DNA of 64,000 bases from Eukaryota sp. GEM-RC1 (GCA_040285855.1 JAUFOQ010000005.1:1488001-1552000); one strand, 5' to 3'; shown: positions 12,761-26,640, counted from the first letter of the stretch. Made by a program: numbers and translations. The notes: generated by a model from the letters alone, not told the origin.

Positions 12761-13062
12761 AAGAATTTGAGTCGAATATCGTTTAGTAATTTGATAAACT
12801 ATGGTAATCCTTCCTTCACAAAAGCAATGTCCCTCAAACGAGCGTTTCTTACCACACTGAGACCGGTGAGGACTAAATCAAGGGATGACTGGTTTTCTTC
12901 GACTTTCTCCTTCTACTATATATCTTTTTCTAATTCATCAGTGATTTCTTTCATCCAACTTTCTACTTGTACAAGGGTGCGAATTTGTACAAGAGTATCT
13001 ACAAACGGTTGGGATTTTCGATTAATTTGAAATCAACCAAATTTTGAGAAAGTGTTGTGACT

Positions 13063-13892
13063 AGGGACTGTCAAAAATATATTACATGGTGAAAAAGATT
13101 TGCAATGCAGTATTGCATTACTCAAACATTATGCAATAATTGGAAGCAATGCAAATATTGATGAGTAGACCATTTATTGTATTAATTCCATCAATAACTC
13201 ATACGATCATCACTAGGCAATATCTATGTTGATTAGTTTCTGATTAACCATCTTGCGAGCCAAAATAATGTCCCAAAATTCTCTGTTGAAGGAGAGAAAT
13301 AGTTGATTGGCAAGTCTTCGTCACATCAGTTGTGTCTTGACAACTCTTGCGCCATTTAAGATTTACTGAAAAGTACAACACTTGATGTTGCTGGGATAAA
13401 ATTTAAATTGCAGTAACCTACAGTTTCACCTCTCATTCGAGTAAAGACATTTTAAACAGAGGAAACAGGTCCAGACCGTTCAGCTTTTTTCTTCATCTTT
13501 ACTCCCGTCATTTACTATCAAAGAATTCATTGCTTGAGTTGAGTCCCAGGGGATAGGAGTAAAGTAAGCCTTCACCATCTGTTCTCGAGTGGGACTAAAA
13601 GGATTCGTCGTGTAAGATGATGTGAAGAATGATATTCGGTGTACATTTGTTAGTCAGAACTAGATGTACACTACTTCTGACTTGTAGTGTGGACTTCCAA
13701 TTGTACACAAACCGAAAACTGGTGTACTATGTCATTAAATTCCTTCCAAGTAACAGAAAAATATAGATCAAAAACATTGTTCAAAATCATAATTATTGCA
13801 ATACAAAATGAGATTGCAATACAGTATTGCAATACACAATTCTCACTATGGCAATAATTGCAAAAGTCCACAATATATTTTTGACAGTCCCT
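13063..13892. mobile_element. TIR element (hAT-like MITE)
   Basis: 21-bp TIR AGGGACTGTCAAAAATATATT / AATATATTTTTGACAGTCCCT; subterminal ATTGCA motifs like the 7330 element; no clean TSD. Confidence 0.75.
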
Positions 13893-14910
13893 TCTGTAAA
13901 GTCTCCTGGTCCAAAGTTTCGGATTCTTAACAGGCTTTTATTTTTATAGAGGATACTAGCTCAAGTTGCTTCGTCATCATCTTGTGAACAAAATTGGTCC
14001 ACCTATGAGTATATTCATACAAAGCAGAGGAATCGTCTCAAATCAAATCGACTGATAAAACTGGTCTTTATCGAAGACACCAGTAAGTTGGTGGAAAGAG
14101 TGTTTGCTGTTGACTTTAACCAGTGTTTGACATCAATTTAATCGATTAAGACTCTTGGTGGCAGGGGGGCTTTTATGTATTTACTTCTGTCTGTAATAGT
14201 ATTATTGGCACTTAATAAAAATAGAACGTTTATGATGATGTTGATAGCCTACAACTATACAAATCTACTGAATAAGAAAAATGCCCCAAAAGGTTCGTAT
14301 ATTTAAGGGGTGTGCATCCAATCACTATTCTTTGGCACCGGGTGCTGTAATTAATGCATGTAAAAGGTTGTATGAATACTCAATTGAGGACCTAACTATC
14401 AACTTGTTATTTGTAAGTCTTCGAATAAGACATTTAATATATATAGATATAACTGTTTGAATACTCCTTTTTTTTATTACGAAAATATAATAAGTCAATT
14501 AGCAGGAAGTTGTAAAAGAACTTTTGTACTGTTGACCAACAATTTTCCGTGTTCAGTAGTTCATAGTTCTATTTTGATACTTGTTTTTATCCCCTTCATA
14601 TTTAACATAACTTGTAACTACTGTTGTACTACTATCTTCATGATTCACCATTTTGATGAAACGAATAGTTTTGCGAGTCCAAATATACATCTTCAAAAAG
14701 CTTCCCCGTTCAACAGATTGCAAATTTTTTAAAAATTGCATAATTCTACAAAGAAGAACTATTAAGACGGTACTAACATAATTTTCTTACTTGAAACAGA
14801 AGTCATTGAAAATCCTTCAGAAACGCATTATCATGTGCCAACACTTCAGATTTTTAACACTCTTTTTTCTTTGGAAAAGAAGAACCATTTTTATCCAACA
14901 CTATCAAGAC

Positions 14911-16115
14911 CAGTGATGTTAAAAAAATATAAACATTTAAATAACGGCAATAAATTATTGCAAAAATAATGAATTTTTCTCAGGTAACGTACGGCAATTA
15001 TTGATTTTGCTAGTTGAAATACGGCAATCATTTATTGCTGATCTAGAAATTATTTAAATTATTGGTATTAATCTGTGTGTACTTTGTTTTAACCATTAGT
15101 GTAATTACTGATTTACCATAAGTATAGATGCCGTAAATTTATTAGTGGATAAAGTGAAGTTAACAGCAAAATCACCGAACCAGTTTTATCTACTTCATCA
15201 ATGAAAGAAGTTGCCTTGTTTTACTTCCGGAAAACTCAACCACAACCATCTGATCTTCCTGAGGGTAAAGTCTCTTACACTTGTCAGAGATGCCCCAATA
15301 TAAGTGTGTCTATTCTTAAGAACAAAGGATATGCTAACTTAATGACCCACATCAATAAATACCACAAAAACTATGTCACTGAAATGGCTGCTGCAAACGG
15401 TGATATAACTACTTATGTGCACCGAAATCCAGAGGACAAGGCTCAGAATCTCTTCGGATGGCTTGAGTGGTGTATTACAGAGGTTCAGCCCTTCAATTTT
15501 GTGGAGAAGGACTGTGTCAGAAGAAATTCCTTCCTACAACCTATCGCCAGACAGACGCTCAAGAAGTACTTCAATCTTTTACATACTGAGCTTTGTTGTG
15601 AATTATCATCTCTCTTACCCTCGAAGTTCGGGTTGATGTTTGACGGCTGGCGTCATCCAAGCTTATCAATTGAGTTTATTGGTATGCTTGCGGCTGTCCC
15701 TAAATCTGACAAGTTGATTCTATTGAGTCTTTTTCCTTTTGAAGTTGATGATGTTTACTCTGAAGACAATGTCTTCAACCCACAAGAAGTTTTACTAGGG
15801 GCAGAACAATATATCAGTAACATCGACACTGTTACTGAGTGCCTATGATAAGACTACCGCTAACGTCTGTTTTATTGTAGGGGATAATTGTGAAGTAAAT
15901 AAGCGTATTGCTAAGCACTTGAAAATTCCTCTAGTGGGTTGTTTGTCACACAAGTGGGCATTAATGATCAAAAACAACGGCCCTAGCATCGAAAATGCAC
16001 TTAAACAAATTGATGCAGTCTTTGTCGAACTACAAAAAGTGAAAAATGCTATGGTATTGCGGACAAAAACTGATTCAAGACCCATTGAGAATTATTCATA
16101 TCACCCCAGATAGTA
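14911..16115 (+). mobile_element. Left end and 3'-truncated transposase of a hAT element
   Basis: Left TIR CAGTGATGTTAAAAAAATAT resembles the 7330 TIR; ORF from 15201 has a BED-like finger (CQRC...HINKYH), FGLMFDGW, then GDNC and CLSH after a frameshift. Confidence 0.85.
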
Positions 16116-16124
16116 ATCTAGGAT

Positions 16125-16920
16125 CTCCCTTCAACGCCTCTCTCAAAGCTCTGGCCTCTTCATCTCCAATAGAGTTTCCATCTAGATCAACAGTTGTAAC
16201 TGAAGTATTGGTTTTCAACGCCTCAATCAATAACATAGAAATAGAGGTGCGTTGTGTCGCCACTTCTACTTCTAGCTGCTTAAGACGTGGAAATAAAGCA
16301 GAAGAATTGTTTAGAAACTGTCAATCAGAGGGTTCCCTTATGTCGTCTCCTTCAGTCCAGTCTTGAAAGAAAAGCTACTCAGCTCTGATCCTGGAGTGAA
16401 CTTCCCCCAACTAGCTTCTGTTGTTCCCGATTCCGCAATCCTGTAATTATACCAGAATAATTAGGAAATGTCTCAATTTCAAAGGTTCCGCTAGGGTGCA
16501 AGAAAACAGATTGTAGATCTACTCCAAAGAAAGAAGCAAGTGAAATTAGTTTGGGCAGGTGTTCAAGATCAGTATGAACGGTTTGTTATTGAAAATAGAA
16601 TTAAACTGCTTGGAATGAAAAATCAAGGAAGTTATTACTTACATAGCCAACTTGTTCAAAGAATGTAGGTAACGCTGTTTTCAAACCATCGAGTTGACTA
16701 ATAGTTCCAAAAGGATATTGTTGTAGAGTACGCTTAAGTCTCAGCAAGTGAAGATGGATAAGACTCAACAAAGTCTGCTGAACGTGGACACGTTAAGAGG
16801 GAGAATGTGAAGATGAAGACAGTATCGGCAGTTCGTCACAGTTAGCCATCACATGAGAGAGACAGGGAAGGGATGAACTACTCCTTTTCAACAGAGGTTC
16901 AGGGCGAGGTGAGAGCATTG
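16125..16920 (-). pseudogene. LRR-family pseudogene (N-terminal domain + first repeat), interrupted
   Basis: Nucleotide homology to 22900-23500 and 46600-47295; contains stops/indels and a ~90-bp foreign insert. Confidence 0.85.
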
Positions 16921-16934
16921 GGCTTTCTCTGTTG

Positions 16935-19230
16935 TGTTTATATCCAGAATTTACTTTTACCTTCCCCTATAAACATATGTTCAACTCGCACACTAATACT
17001 AGTTTCCACAGAAGTAAAGTAAACAATTATAATTGTGACCTCAACCTTGTCACTGCCGAGGATGGAAGGTGAGGGAACACTAGAAGTTACTTCAAAAATT
17101 ACCAAGACGACAATCAAGAACAAATGGTCTCACAAACATTCTATATGTTTCAAAGCCATAAAAGAATTGATCGCCAACTCCATGTCTCTCGACCTACCTC
17201 AGCCGGATGAAGCCCTAATCATCTCCACAGACTCAAGCGAATACGCTGTGTCGGGCGTCATTTGGGGACAACTGATTCCATCTAATCTATTGCCAGCCCC
17301 CAATTTCCAAGATCTCAAACTTGCACCAGTCTCGTTTATTCCAAGACCCTTACGAGTAGCCAAAAAAATGGCCGATAAATCAAAAAGAATTGTACACCAG
17401 ACTATTGTTGCCACCCTCACTCAACCTAATATATCCTATCTTTTACTAAATCGAACACTAAAACTGTACTGCGACCACAAAAACATAGCGTATCTTCTCG
17501 CCGCTCCCGAAAAATCTAGAATAGTCAAACGCTGGTTACCAACGCTCTGCGCCTTAGATTTCGAGGTGTACCATGTGGATGGAGAATCCAACCTATTTGC
17601 CGATCTCCTGTCTCGTTTAAACCTGAAGAAGCAACCTGAAGCTGTCGTGGCGAAGTCCACTAAAAATGAATCTCAGTCATGGCCGAATGCAGGATTCATG
17701 AGTGACTTGGTGTTAGGGCCGTCCCAGGTCCCATACCTCGCGATCTCCCCTGCCAGGCGAGTCAAGCTTTGCACTGCTGAGTTGGTGGTCAAGTCATGTC
17801 AGCCGATGGCTGATACTGAAGGTGATCGAGACACTGTCCGCATTTCCAAATTAACCCCAGCTATCATCGAGGAAGATAAGTTCCTCCCCCGTTTAATGCG
17901 TGGTTGGGATGGTGTCGTTATCGACCACTGGCTTGCTTCCGATCTCTATTTGCTATGCTGTGAGCAATGATTAACTTGTTTATCTTCCTTGGACGATTTC
18001 ACTGGACGATTCCCCCTTCGACATTTCCTCCTACGAAGAACATGACCAAGATGCTTAAACATTCAGACCCCATGTAGTTAGCTGCTCCGCAGATCTTCTC
18101 TCCCGACTCTGAAATCATTGATTGCGAACAATAGCGAGCGCCAATGAGCTTCCTGACTCCTCTCCGTTACCACACTCTCTTGACACCATACCAAAAAAAA
18201 GTCTCACCCCCTTTCGTGACCACTTTAGACCCCCAGAAGACCGTTTTTTGGAGGCGACGCCTCCAATGAGCTCAGAAGATCGCCTGATCCTCTCTTCTAC
18301 GCACTTAGTCCTTCGCTTTTTCTTTCAACATTAAAAAGCCTCAAAGAATCGAGAGCTGACTGGATGTCAAAACTGCAACCTGGCCAAATGTCCAACGAAG
18401 AAGAAGAATTCACAGGTCTTCAGGACAAACTCACCGAAGAAGGTCAAGTGAGCCTGGAAGAGAAGTACATCCTTTATCTCTTCCATGGAAACATCACTAT
18501 GTCTCGTAACCTTAGAAGTGAAGTGCTTCTCAACATACATGGCCTGCCTTACTGTGGCCATCTCAACTTAGCTCTTAGCACTAAAGCCCTCGAATACTCA
18601 GACTATTGGTGGCCTGAAGCCAAAGTCGACCTAGTGAATCACTTAGAAAGCTGTGCTTCATGTCAGAAGAATGCGCCAGTCCCTAAGTCTCGTGAAACTG
18701 TTCCCTCAACCGGCAACTTAATCGCCAATCATCTCTTCGACAGTTTACATGTGAACACTATTGGTCCACTACCTAAGAATATACAAGGCAACATATACGT
18801 AGTATTCTTTGTCGACTCCTTTTCCAGATTCACGGTTTTAGTTCCCTTAGCTAAATTGAATGCTACTGCAGTAGCATCAGCCCTACTGGAAAAAGTATGT
18901 TCAGTATTTGGTGTCCTAGCAGCTATACACTCCGATAATTCTCCTGATACGCCAACCATATCTTTGAAGAACTGTGCGACTTCTTAAATATTTCAATAAC
19001 AACCTCAATCCCCCACTTCCAACAATCTCACCAATCTAGCTGAATGCAGAAACCGCGACGTCCTTTTTACTTTACGAAAAGTGCTCGCGGATTTTAATGA
19101 CTACTACAACTGGTCCGGCTACTTGCCGATGACGCAACTTCTCATCAACTGCCCGAAATGTCGCCGAACGGGTTTTTCCTCCGTTCGAAGCGATCTTTGG
19201 GACCGAATCGACCATCAATTCACAAATCCC
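16935..19230 (+). mobile_element. Degenerate, internally deleted Gypsy-like retrotransposon (RNase H + integrase); possible ~91-bp 5' LTR at 16935-17025
   Basis: ISTDSSEYAVSGVIW, YCDHKN, NLFADLLSR; integrase HGLPYCGH...CASCQK, FVDSFSRF, IHSDNS; TGTTTA...TAAACA-bounded segment at the start (unpaired, tentative). Confidence 0.8.
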
Positions 19231-19299
19231 TCTCATTGAAATATAATTTGTAAATGTAGTCAAAAGATATCACTCACTCACCTATTTAATTGTTATCAT

Positions 19300-20213
19300 G
19301 TCCAGGTCAACAGGTCGGTTGTACATAATTCGAGATGAAATATCGCTAATGTGTAATTCGTACCGTTTAGAATCTTTTCTAGAAACATTGCTGAGTGATT
19401 TGAATTCGACTAACAATAATATTGAAGTTTATGGAAAGAGTTGCTCTGACAGTATGTTTTTTTTGGCGAAATACTACTAAGTAGTTTAACAATTGTTGTC
19501 GAAAATATTTCTGCGGATACTTGCAATCGTTAATAAACGATTTGCTGTGAATGATGAACAGTTTAATTGAAATTGAGGAATCCAACTTCTTTAATCTGTG
19601 ATGACGAACCCACCAAACAAGCGTCCCTGTGCTTTTTTCTCTTTTTATTGATGTTGAAAACGGTGTATTTTGTTTTTCACCAAAAAGTTCTACTCAAATA
19701 ACTGAAGACCAAATCTCATCTTTTAAATGTTTTATGAATTCGTTTTCTATTAAAGACCTTACTCTTAAGAGATGTAATTTTTCTGCTGACTCAATCTCTT
19801 CTTTGAGTGATTTGATTAGGGTCAATATGTTGTTGACCACCGTTGACTTTAGTTTCATTGGAAAGTCGAAAGAAAATTCATTTTATTGTATTGGTGACCC
19901 CATTGGTTCCAATCAGCTAACTGATGACGATTTTCTACAGTTAATCATTGCAATTCAGGCCAATACTCGATTAAAGACAATCAATCTCAGTAGTAACTCT
20001 ATTGGTCTTAATAGACTTTTAACTGTCTTTGAGTTGATTTTATCAAACCAATTAACACCAAATATTCAAATTTGTCCTCATTTTATTGATACTTCCCTCG
20101 GATTAAATAGATATCGAAATGATGTTGAAAGTATTGATGTAAAATGGCTGGTTTGGTCCCAAAGCCATGAAATTGTGACAAGAATTAGGCGGCGGGGTAA
20201 AACAGTATTGTGA
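19300..20213 (+). pseudogene. Fragment of a different LRR-containing gene
   Basis: LKTINLSSNSIG and IKDLTLKRCNF motifs; fragmented ORFs. Confidence 0.55.
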
Positions 20214-21840
20214 TAAGTCGTTCAACTAAAATTATTGGACAAACAGATTGGTGTTTTCTGCTTTCATGGCTGTTCTTCAGACGCTGAGGAGAAGTTTGAT
20301 TTCTCTTGATGATTATTACTGAGAGAAGACTCCGGACTTCTTCTGTGTAGGCAAAAGAGATTTTGAGGACATTGCTTTTTGAAAGACTAGTTTTCTGATT
20401 GTTGTATTATCTTTTTAGCAAGACCTAGTAAAATTCTATACACGATACTAGCAGTATGTTGTACTTTACAAATTCAACAACTAAACGCTCGTTCAATTTC
20501 CCAAAATTATTCATCTTTTAGTTTTAAGAAACAGACATCAATATTCGTTAGAATTGTAGCACCACAACCTTGATATTTCATCTTCTTCATTGTGCCTAAC
20601 CGCGCTTTTTTTCATGAGACGGTTCACTCAAAGTCCACTCAAAACGTCTGTAACTATATGATCCGTATTCTTCACAGAACACCTGTTGATATAACATTGG
20701 TCAAGTTCCTGGTTGTTTTATAAAATTGTTATGTAGTTTGCTTCTTTTTTCAAATACTTGACTTTTTGGGCTGAATGTAACACCATGTTGGTAAATTTTA
20801 CAGATAGAGCGTTGACATTCCCCGGCTCGGTTGTCGAATCATAATTGATTGATTTTCTGCATTCAAAAGGAAAGTAATAGTTGGACACAAATGCCACCAA
20901 AGAAGGATTCGTTTCGACACTTCTTGTATGTTCTCTAAAAAATAACAGTCAATTTTAATAATCCACAAAACATCTAACGTGGTTTCTTTGCTGTAGGTAC
21001 ACAGAATGAAGACGAAAATGCATCGATCATAAAAATTCAAACATTCATAAAACACCACCAAACATAAGATTTGAAGACGAAAACTATGAAAAAGGATCTA
21101 AACTTGTATACAATTGACATGGTACCGGCATATGGCTCGAACTGTCACTGGATTTCTTATAAGTCTAATCACCATCATCTTGGGCTGCATCATACTTGGA
21201 TGGAATCCTTCGATAAAGCTTAGATAATGCTAAATGTATGACTGTGTTATTGACACACTAGTAAACACACGTCCAAATTTAATTTTACAATACTGCTACA
21301 ACTACCAATAACAACCGTTATAACGTTCTATTGTTGGTGACGTGTCAATTTATGTGAGAGTCATATGTTCTATATTAACAAATAGTAAAAGTGAATTGTA
21401 TCTTATCATAATGTGAACTATACTCACAACAAAATCTCTATAAATATGACTGTACAATCAACAAAGAATAAGAATAAGATCAAGTCAGCTGAATTATCCA
21501 TATTTTACACATTTCATCAAGTCCAATCGATGCTTTCACAGCATTCTTTGACCAAAAGGCTGATACACCATAAAAATTGACATCATCATTTTATAATTTT
21601 TTGACGAGATTTGCTCAAAGGTGCGTTGCTGAAACTTCTGTTGTGACAGAAATCACAACTTTCTCTAGTGCAAAGTTTCGTTCTACGGTTTTTAAATCAG
21701 AAATAAAGGTAACTCAACTTTAGAAATAACTGTATTGTAGACTTTCATCACCCTTTTGGTTTTATAAAGAAAAGAACCTGATTCTATATAATACTAATGA
21801 AAACTATTTAAGGCTCATTGGGTCCAATTACTCCCACTAT

Positions 21841-23515
21841 TTAAAGTCTAAGATTAACTTTCAACACCTCTGCCAAATCTCTAGTACCTTCATCTCCAAT
21901 AGAGTTGTTATACAGATTAACACTTGTAACTGAATCATTCACTTTCAACGCCTCTGCTAAAGCTCTGGCACCTTCAGCTCCAATGGAGTTGGATCTCAGA
22001 TCAATACTGGTAACAGAATCATTCACTTTCAACGCCTCTGCTAAAGCTCTGGCACCGTCAGCTCCAATGGAATTTCCACCCAGATCAATACTCGTAACTG
22101 AAACATTAACTTTCAAGGCCTCAGCCAAAGCTCTGGCACCTTCATCTCCAATAGAGTTTCTACTTAGATCAACACTTGTAACTGAAACATTAACTTTCAA
22201 GGCCTCAGCCAAAGCTCTGGCACCTTCATCTCCAATAGAGTTTCCACGTAGAACAATTCTGGTAACTGCAGCATTTACTTTCAACGCCTCTGCCAAAGCT
22301 CTGGCACCTTCATCTCCAATAGAGTTGTCATACAGATCAACATTGGTAACTGAAACATTAACTTTCAACGCCTCTGCCAAAGCTCTGGCACCTTCAGCTC
22401 CAATAGAGTTGTGACTAAGATTAACACTAGTAACTGAAGCATTCACTTTCAACGCCTCTGCCAAAGCTCTGGCACCTTCATCTTCAATAGAGTTGTAACT
22501 CAGATTAACACTTGTTACTGAAGCATTCACTTTCAATGCATCTGCCAAAACTCTGGCACCGTTAGCTCCAATAGAGTTGGAATTTAGATCAATACTCGTA
22601 ACTGAATCATTCACTTTCAACGCCTCTGCTAAAGCTCTGGCACCGTCAGCTCCAATAGAGGTAAAACACAGATTAAAACTTGAAACTGAAGCATTCAGTT
22701 TCAACGCCTCTGCTAAAGCTCTGGCACCGTCAGCTCCAATAGAGTTTCCACCCAGATCAATACTTGTAACTGAAGCATTCAGTTTCAACGCCTCTGCTAA
22801 AGCTCTGGCACCGTTAGCTCCAATATAGTTTCCACCCAGATCAATACTTGTAACTGAAGCATTCACTTTCAACGCATCTGCCAAAGCTCTAGCACCTTTC
22901 GGTCCAATAGAGTTGGAATTTAGATTAACACTTGTAACTGTAGTATTGGTTTTCAACGCTTCAATCAATAACATAGAAATAGAGGCGTTTCGTCTCGCCA
23001 CTTTTACTTCTAGCTGCTTAAGACGTGGAAATAAAGAAGAAGAATTGTTTAGAAATTCTAAATTAGAAGGTTCCCTTAGTTCGATTCTCAATCCTGTAAT
23101 TATACCAGAATAATTAAGAAATTTCTCAATTTCAAAGGTTCCGGGAATGTACAAGAAAACAGATTGTAGATCTGCTCCAAAAGAAAGAAGCAAGTGAAAT
23201 TAGTTTGGGAAGGTGTTCAAGATCAGTATGAAAGATGTGTAATTGAAAATAGACTTTAACTGCTTGGAATGAAGAATCAAGGAAGTGATTACTTACATAA
23301 CCAACTTGTCCAAAGAATGCAGGTAATGATGTTTTCATAGCAGTGAGTTGAGGATTAGTTCGATCATCAATATTTTCGAGAGTAAGGTTGAGAAGACGTC
23401 TCAGCAAGTGGAGATGGATCAGAATCAACAAAGTCTGCTGCACATGGACACGTTTAGAGGGAGGATGTGTGGATGAAGACAATACCAACACAGGTTCAGA
23501 ATGAGGTGTGACCAT
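21841..23515 (-). CDS. RNI-like LRR protein, family copy 3 (13 repeats; one 1-nt insertion near 23180)
   Basis: Same N-terminal domain and 28-aa repeats; split by an extra A in CAAAAGAAAG vs CAAAGAAAG of paralogs (error or pseudogene). Confidence 0.85.
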
Positions 23516-23826
23516 TCTAGATTGATGGATCAAGAAATGAGAACTTTCGTTCTCTCAAACTTACTATATGTCTATCATCCATAACTAGACTTGACAATAT
23601 CTGGTAGAATCCATTTCGCTTGCACTTCCATAATAGAGTTCCACCACTTCATTTCTTAAAATCGCTTCCCTTTTACCTTTCTCGTTTACTTCACGATTAA
23701 ACCACTTTTGTTTTTCCTTCACATTACCATTGGAGTAAGTACTACTTTTGATTACCAACAAACTACGCACTACTTAAGAGATTTAATGATTCGCATCTGT
23801 TACACCTTTAACTCTGATAAGTACTC

Positions 23827-24020
23827 GTGTGTTGCCTTTGTAAGATTTTGCATCAGGGTCAAGGAGTGTTTTCCCCATATCAATATGGTATTAACACCAT
23901 TGATGGAGCTTCTATGGCTGCCCTGTCATCTGACGTTTTCTTCAATGATCTTGAAAATAATTGCATTTTCGATTTGGATTACAAGAATGTTTCTAATTCT
24001 GTAACACGATCTGCCATTTT
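23827..24020 (+). mobile_element. Non-LTR reverse transcriptase relic
   Basis: PYQYGINTIDGA...DLDYKNVSNSVTRSAI resembles non-LTR RT motifs (QxG..GA; DxxNAFNSVxR); homologous copy at 47610-47930. Confidence 0.6.
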
Positions 24021-24590
24021 TAAGATCGAACCCCTAATTTTTAAGATCAAAGTAGGACTTTAAATGTACCCCATCTCCTACGGATCTTGGGGTGGGAGTG
24101 AGTGCTTCAGTAGCAATTCTTATTGAGTCTAGGTGTATTACATTTTTACAGTATTTCATTTGTTCTATTTTATGTGACCAAAAGACGCTAAAAGATTTGA
24201 CTTTCATTAATGCCAAAATTTTGAGTATTCATTTGATTAATAGGGACAAGTACCTTAATGTGTAGGCGCCAGGGATTTTTGAAGTTGTCCATTTTTGAGA
24301 ACTAAACTGCAGTAAAGTAAAGCGCTTCAAGTACTTTACGCTTGTGCTTTTACGTTTAGGGGTATCACGGTTTACATGTTAGAACGAAGGGACAACTGAT
24401 CGAGAAATGGTGGATTGTGATCAATGATAAAAGGATGAAAGATCAGCTTGAAATATATATTGTGAAAATAATATGCTGCTGCTGCAAGTGCTTTGGTATC
24501 TTACGATGGATTAAAACCTAACGGTAGGAGTTCTATTCTGAGATAGTCAAAAAAATGACAAATGTATTACATAGGCAATGAAGAGTTAGG

Positions 24591-26640
24591 ATGTGGGAGT
24601 GTTTGGGAGATGAAGCAGCAAATAGCAATGAGGAGGGGACTTCAATACACAATAAGAAAATCAAAAGAGGACTCATCATGTTTGACTTACTCTCAGAAGC
24701 CTTAAATGAGCCCCACATGCAGATGAAAGCAGCAAAGGTACTACAGCAGAACTTCTCAGCTGATGTTTTTGCCAGCGCTCTTCTACAACTCATAGCTAAA
24801 TCCCCATCTGCTGACGAAAAACAGTCTTTCCTCTCTTTTCTCAGAACTTTTGCTAAAACTCTATCAAAAGAAGAATACAACAACATTGCTACACTTGTCA
24901 TTGACACCCTTGCCCCTTGCGATCTCTCCTCCAAAATCTCTTCCAAAGAACTAGCTCTTCATCTCCTGTCAAGCTTCTTGCTCTACCCTTTGACCGACCC
25001 TACTCCTTTAGAAACTCTTCTATCTTCATTGGTCCTAGATGAACCTTCTGTAGCCAAATTAGCTGTTTGTCTTGCTTCAGTACATTGCTTTGTCAGAGTT
25101 GTTGCTTCTACAACTCTGACGTATTCAGATGAGAAGGATTTGCTTGAAATGACTGTTCTCTTTTTCAATTCGATCACGTCATCAGTTGTCATGACTGATG
25201 ACGTGTTGCAGGTACTTGTGGACCTTTCTTCCTCGGTTTTTATGACCGTGCGTCAGCGATTTTTTTCTTGTTTGGTGGGGAAGCTTGACGTTTTTCTTAA
25301 TTCGTTAAGTTTTAAATTTATTGTTAATTTATTTAAAACTTCTTTGGCTTTGAATGATGATACTTGTCATCCTATCATCAATTACTTAATTCTAAATACG
25401 CCATCTAATTTTTGTTTCCAAATTCTTACAGACTTTATTCACCCTACCGAGTCTATTTTTGTTGAATTTGCCACTTTCCAGTTTTTCAAATGAATCAGTT
25501 GTTAATAATGAACATTTAGCAATTTTTTCTGTGTTTTGTGAGGAATTGGAGTTTGCTTTTCCTGATACATTCTCCAAAGAGGAAGCTAAAATATTGGCAA
25601 TTTTTTTAATTAAGGGTAGTCAAAAGGCTGAATTTCTTGTGAGGAATTCAGCGGAAAAAATTTAAATTTGTTGAACTTTGTCCCTGATGACTGTGTCATC
25701 AGTCTGGTCAAAGTTCTTACAGCTTCTCAATTCTTTCTTTTTTAACGAGCAGAATGAACAACTCATGTTATTGACTCCAAGAGTTATACCATTTTTAAAA
25801 AATGAAGATTTATGTTCTGAATATTTGATGTCTTCTGATTCGCAAGATCCCATAAAATATCAAATCTTGGGGTCTAATTTGAATAATTCTGTATTTATTC
25901 CTCATTTCTGGGAATCACTTGAAACAACGCCACTCACTTTTGAGTTTCTAGCTTTAGTTCATGATTTTTTAATGATTGGAAACTCCTTCGATCCAAAACT
26001 TCAAGATTTCCTTTCTGTTTTTTGTTCTTCTTCACAGTTGAGTCCCATTCATCGATTATTTGCATCAAAAATGATGTTGAATTTAGTTCTTCGTGGTTTT
26101 ATTACTGATGATGTTCTTTTCTACATTTTTGAAACATGTTTGTTGAATTTTTCAAAATTTGATGATTCTATGTTGTTGGACGTGCTTCATTTCAAAGAAT
26201 TTACTTCTTCGTCTGTACCCACGGTGGAAAGCACTGTTGAGCACTTTGCATCCCTGCTTTCTCAAAACGAGGAGATCTTTCTAAATTTCTTCAAATTTTT
26301 GGTCGATTTTGCAGATTATTCTGCTTTCTCTTTGATGATCTTCATTCTAGACACTGTACCTCTGTCATCTACTTTTATTACCAAGTTCACTTGTGTTCTC
26401 TTGTCATTTCTTTTATTCGATCCAGAATATGAACCTCTAGTTAAAGATTTATTAGGAGTTCTAAAAGTCGGTTACCTAATCAAAAACTCGTTTTTGAACT
26501 CTATCGTGTCACAATTGTCGCTAAGGTCAAAAAGGTGAAGACTTTATTGGAAAAGTTGGAGGTCTACCAGAGTTCTGAGTCTTCTATTGAAGTAGCAGAA
26601 TTAGAGGAGTTATTTGCATTAATATCAAGATCGTTTAAAT
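24591..26640 (+). CDS. Hypothetical alpha-helical (possibly HEAT/ARM-like) protein, split by apparent frameshifts
   Basis: Consecutive Leu/Phe-rich ORFs 24591-25493, 25459-25665 and 25678-26538 with junctions near homopolymers; ends uncertain. Confidence 0.55.

Noticed and set aside
21905..23113. Antisense ORFs over LRR genes (also 584-868, 1199-1438, 45035-46831)
   Set aside because: Shadow frames of the repetitive coding strand
23827..24020. RT relics as a DGR-like engine diversifying the LRR genes
   Set aside because: The RT pieces are short, broken and non-LTR-like; no template repeat or adenine-specific variation was seen
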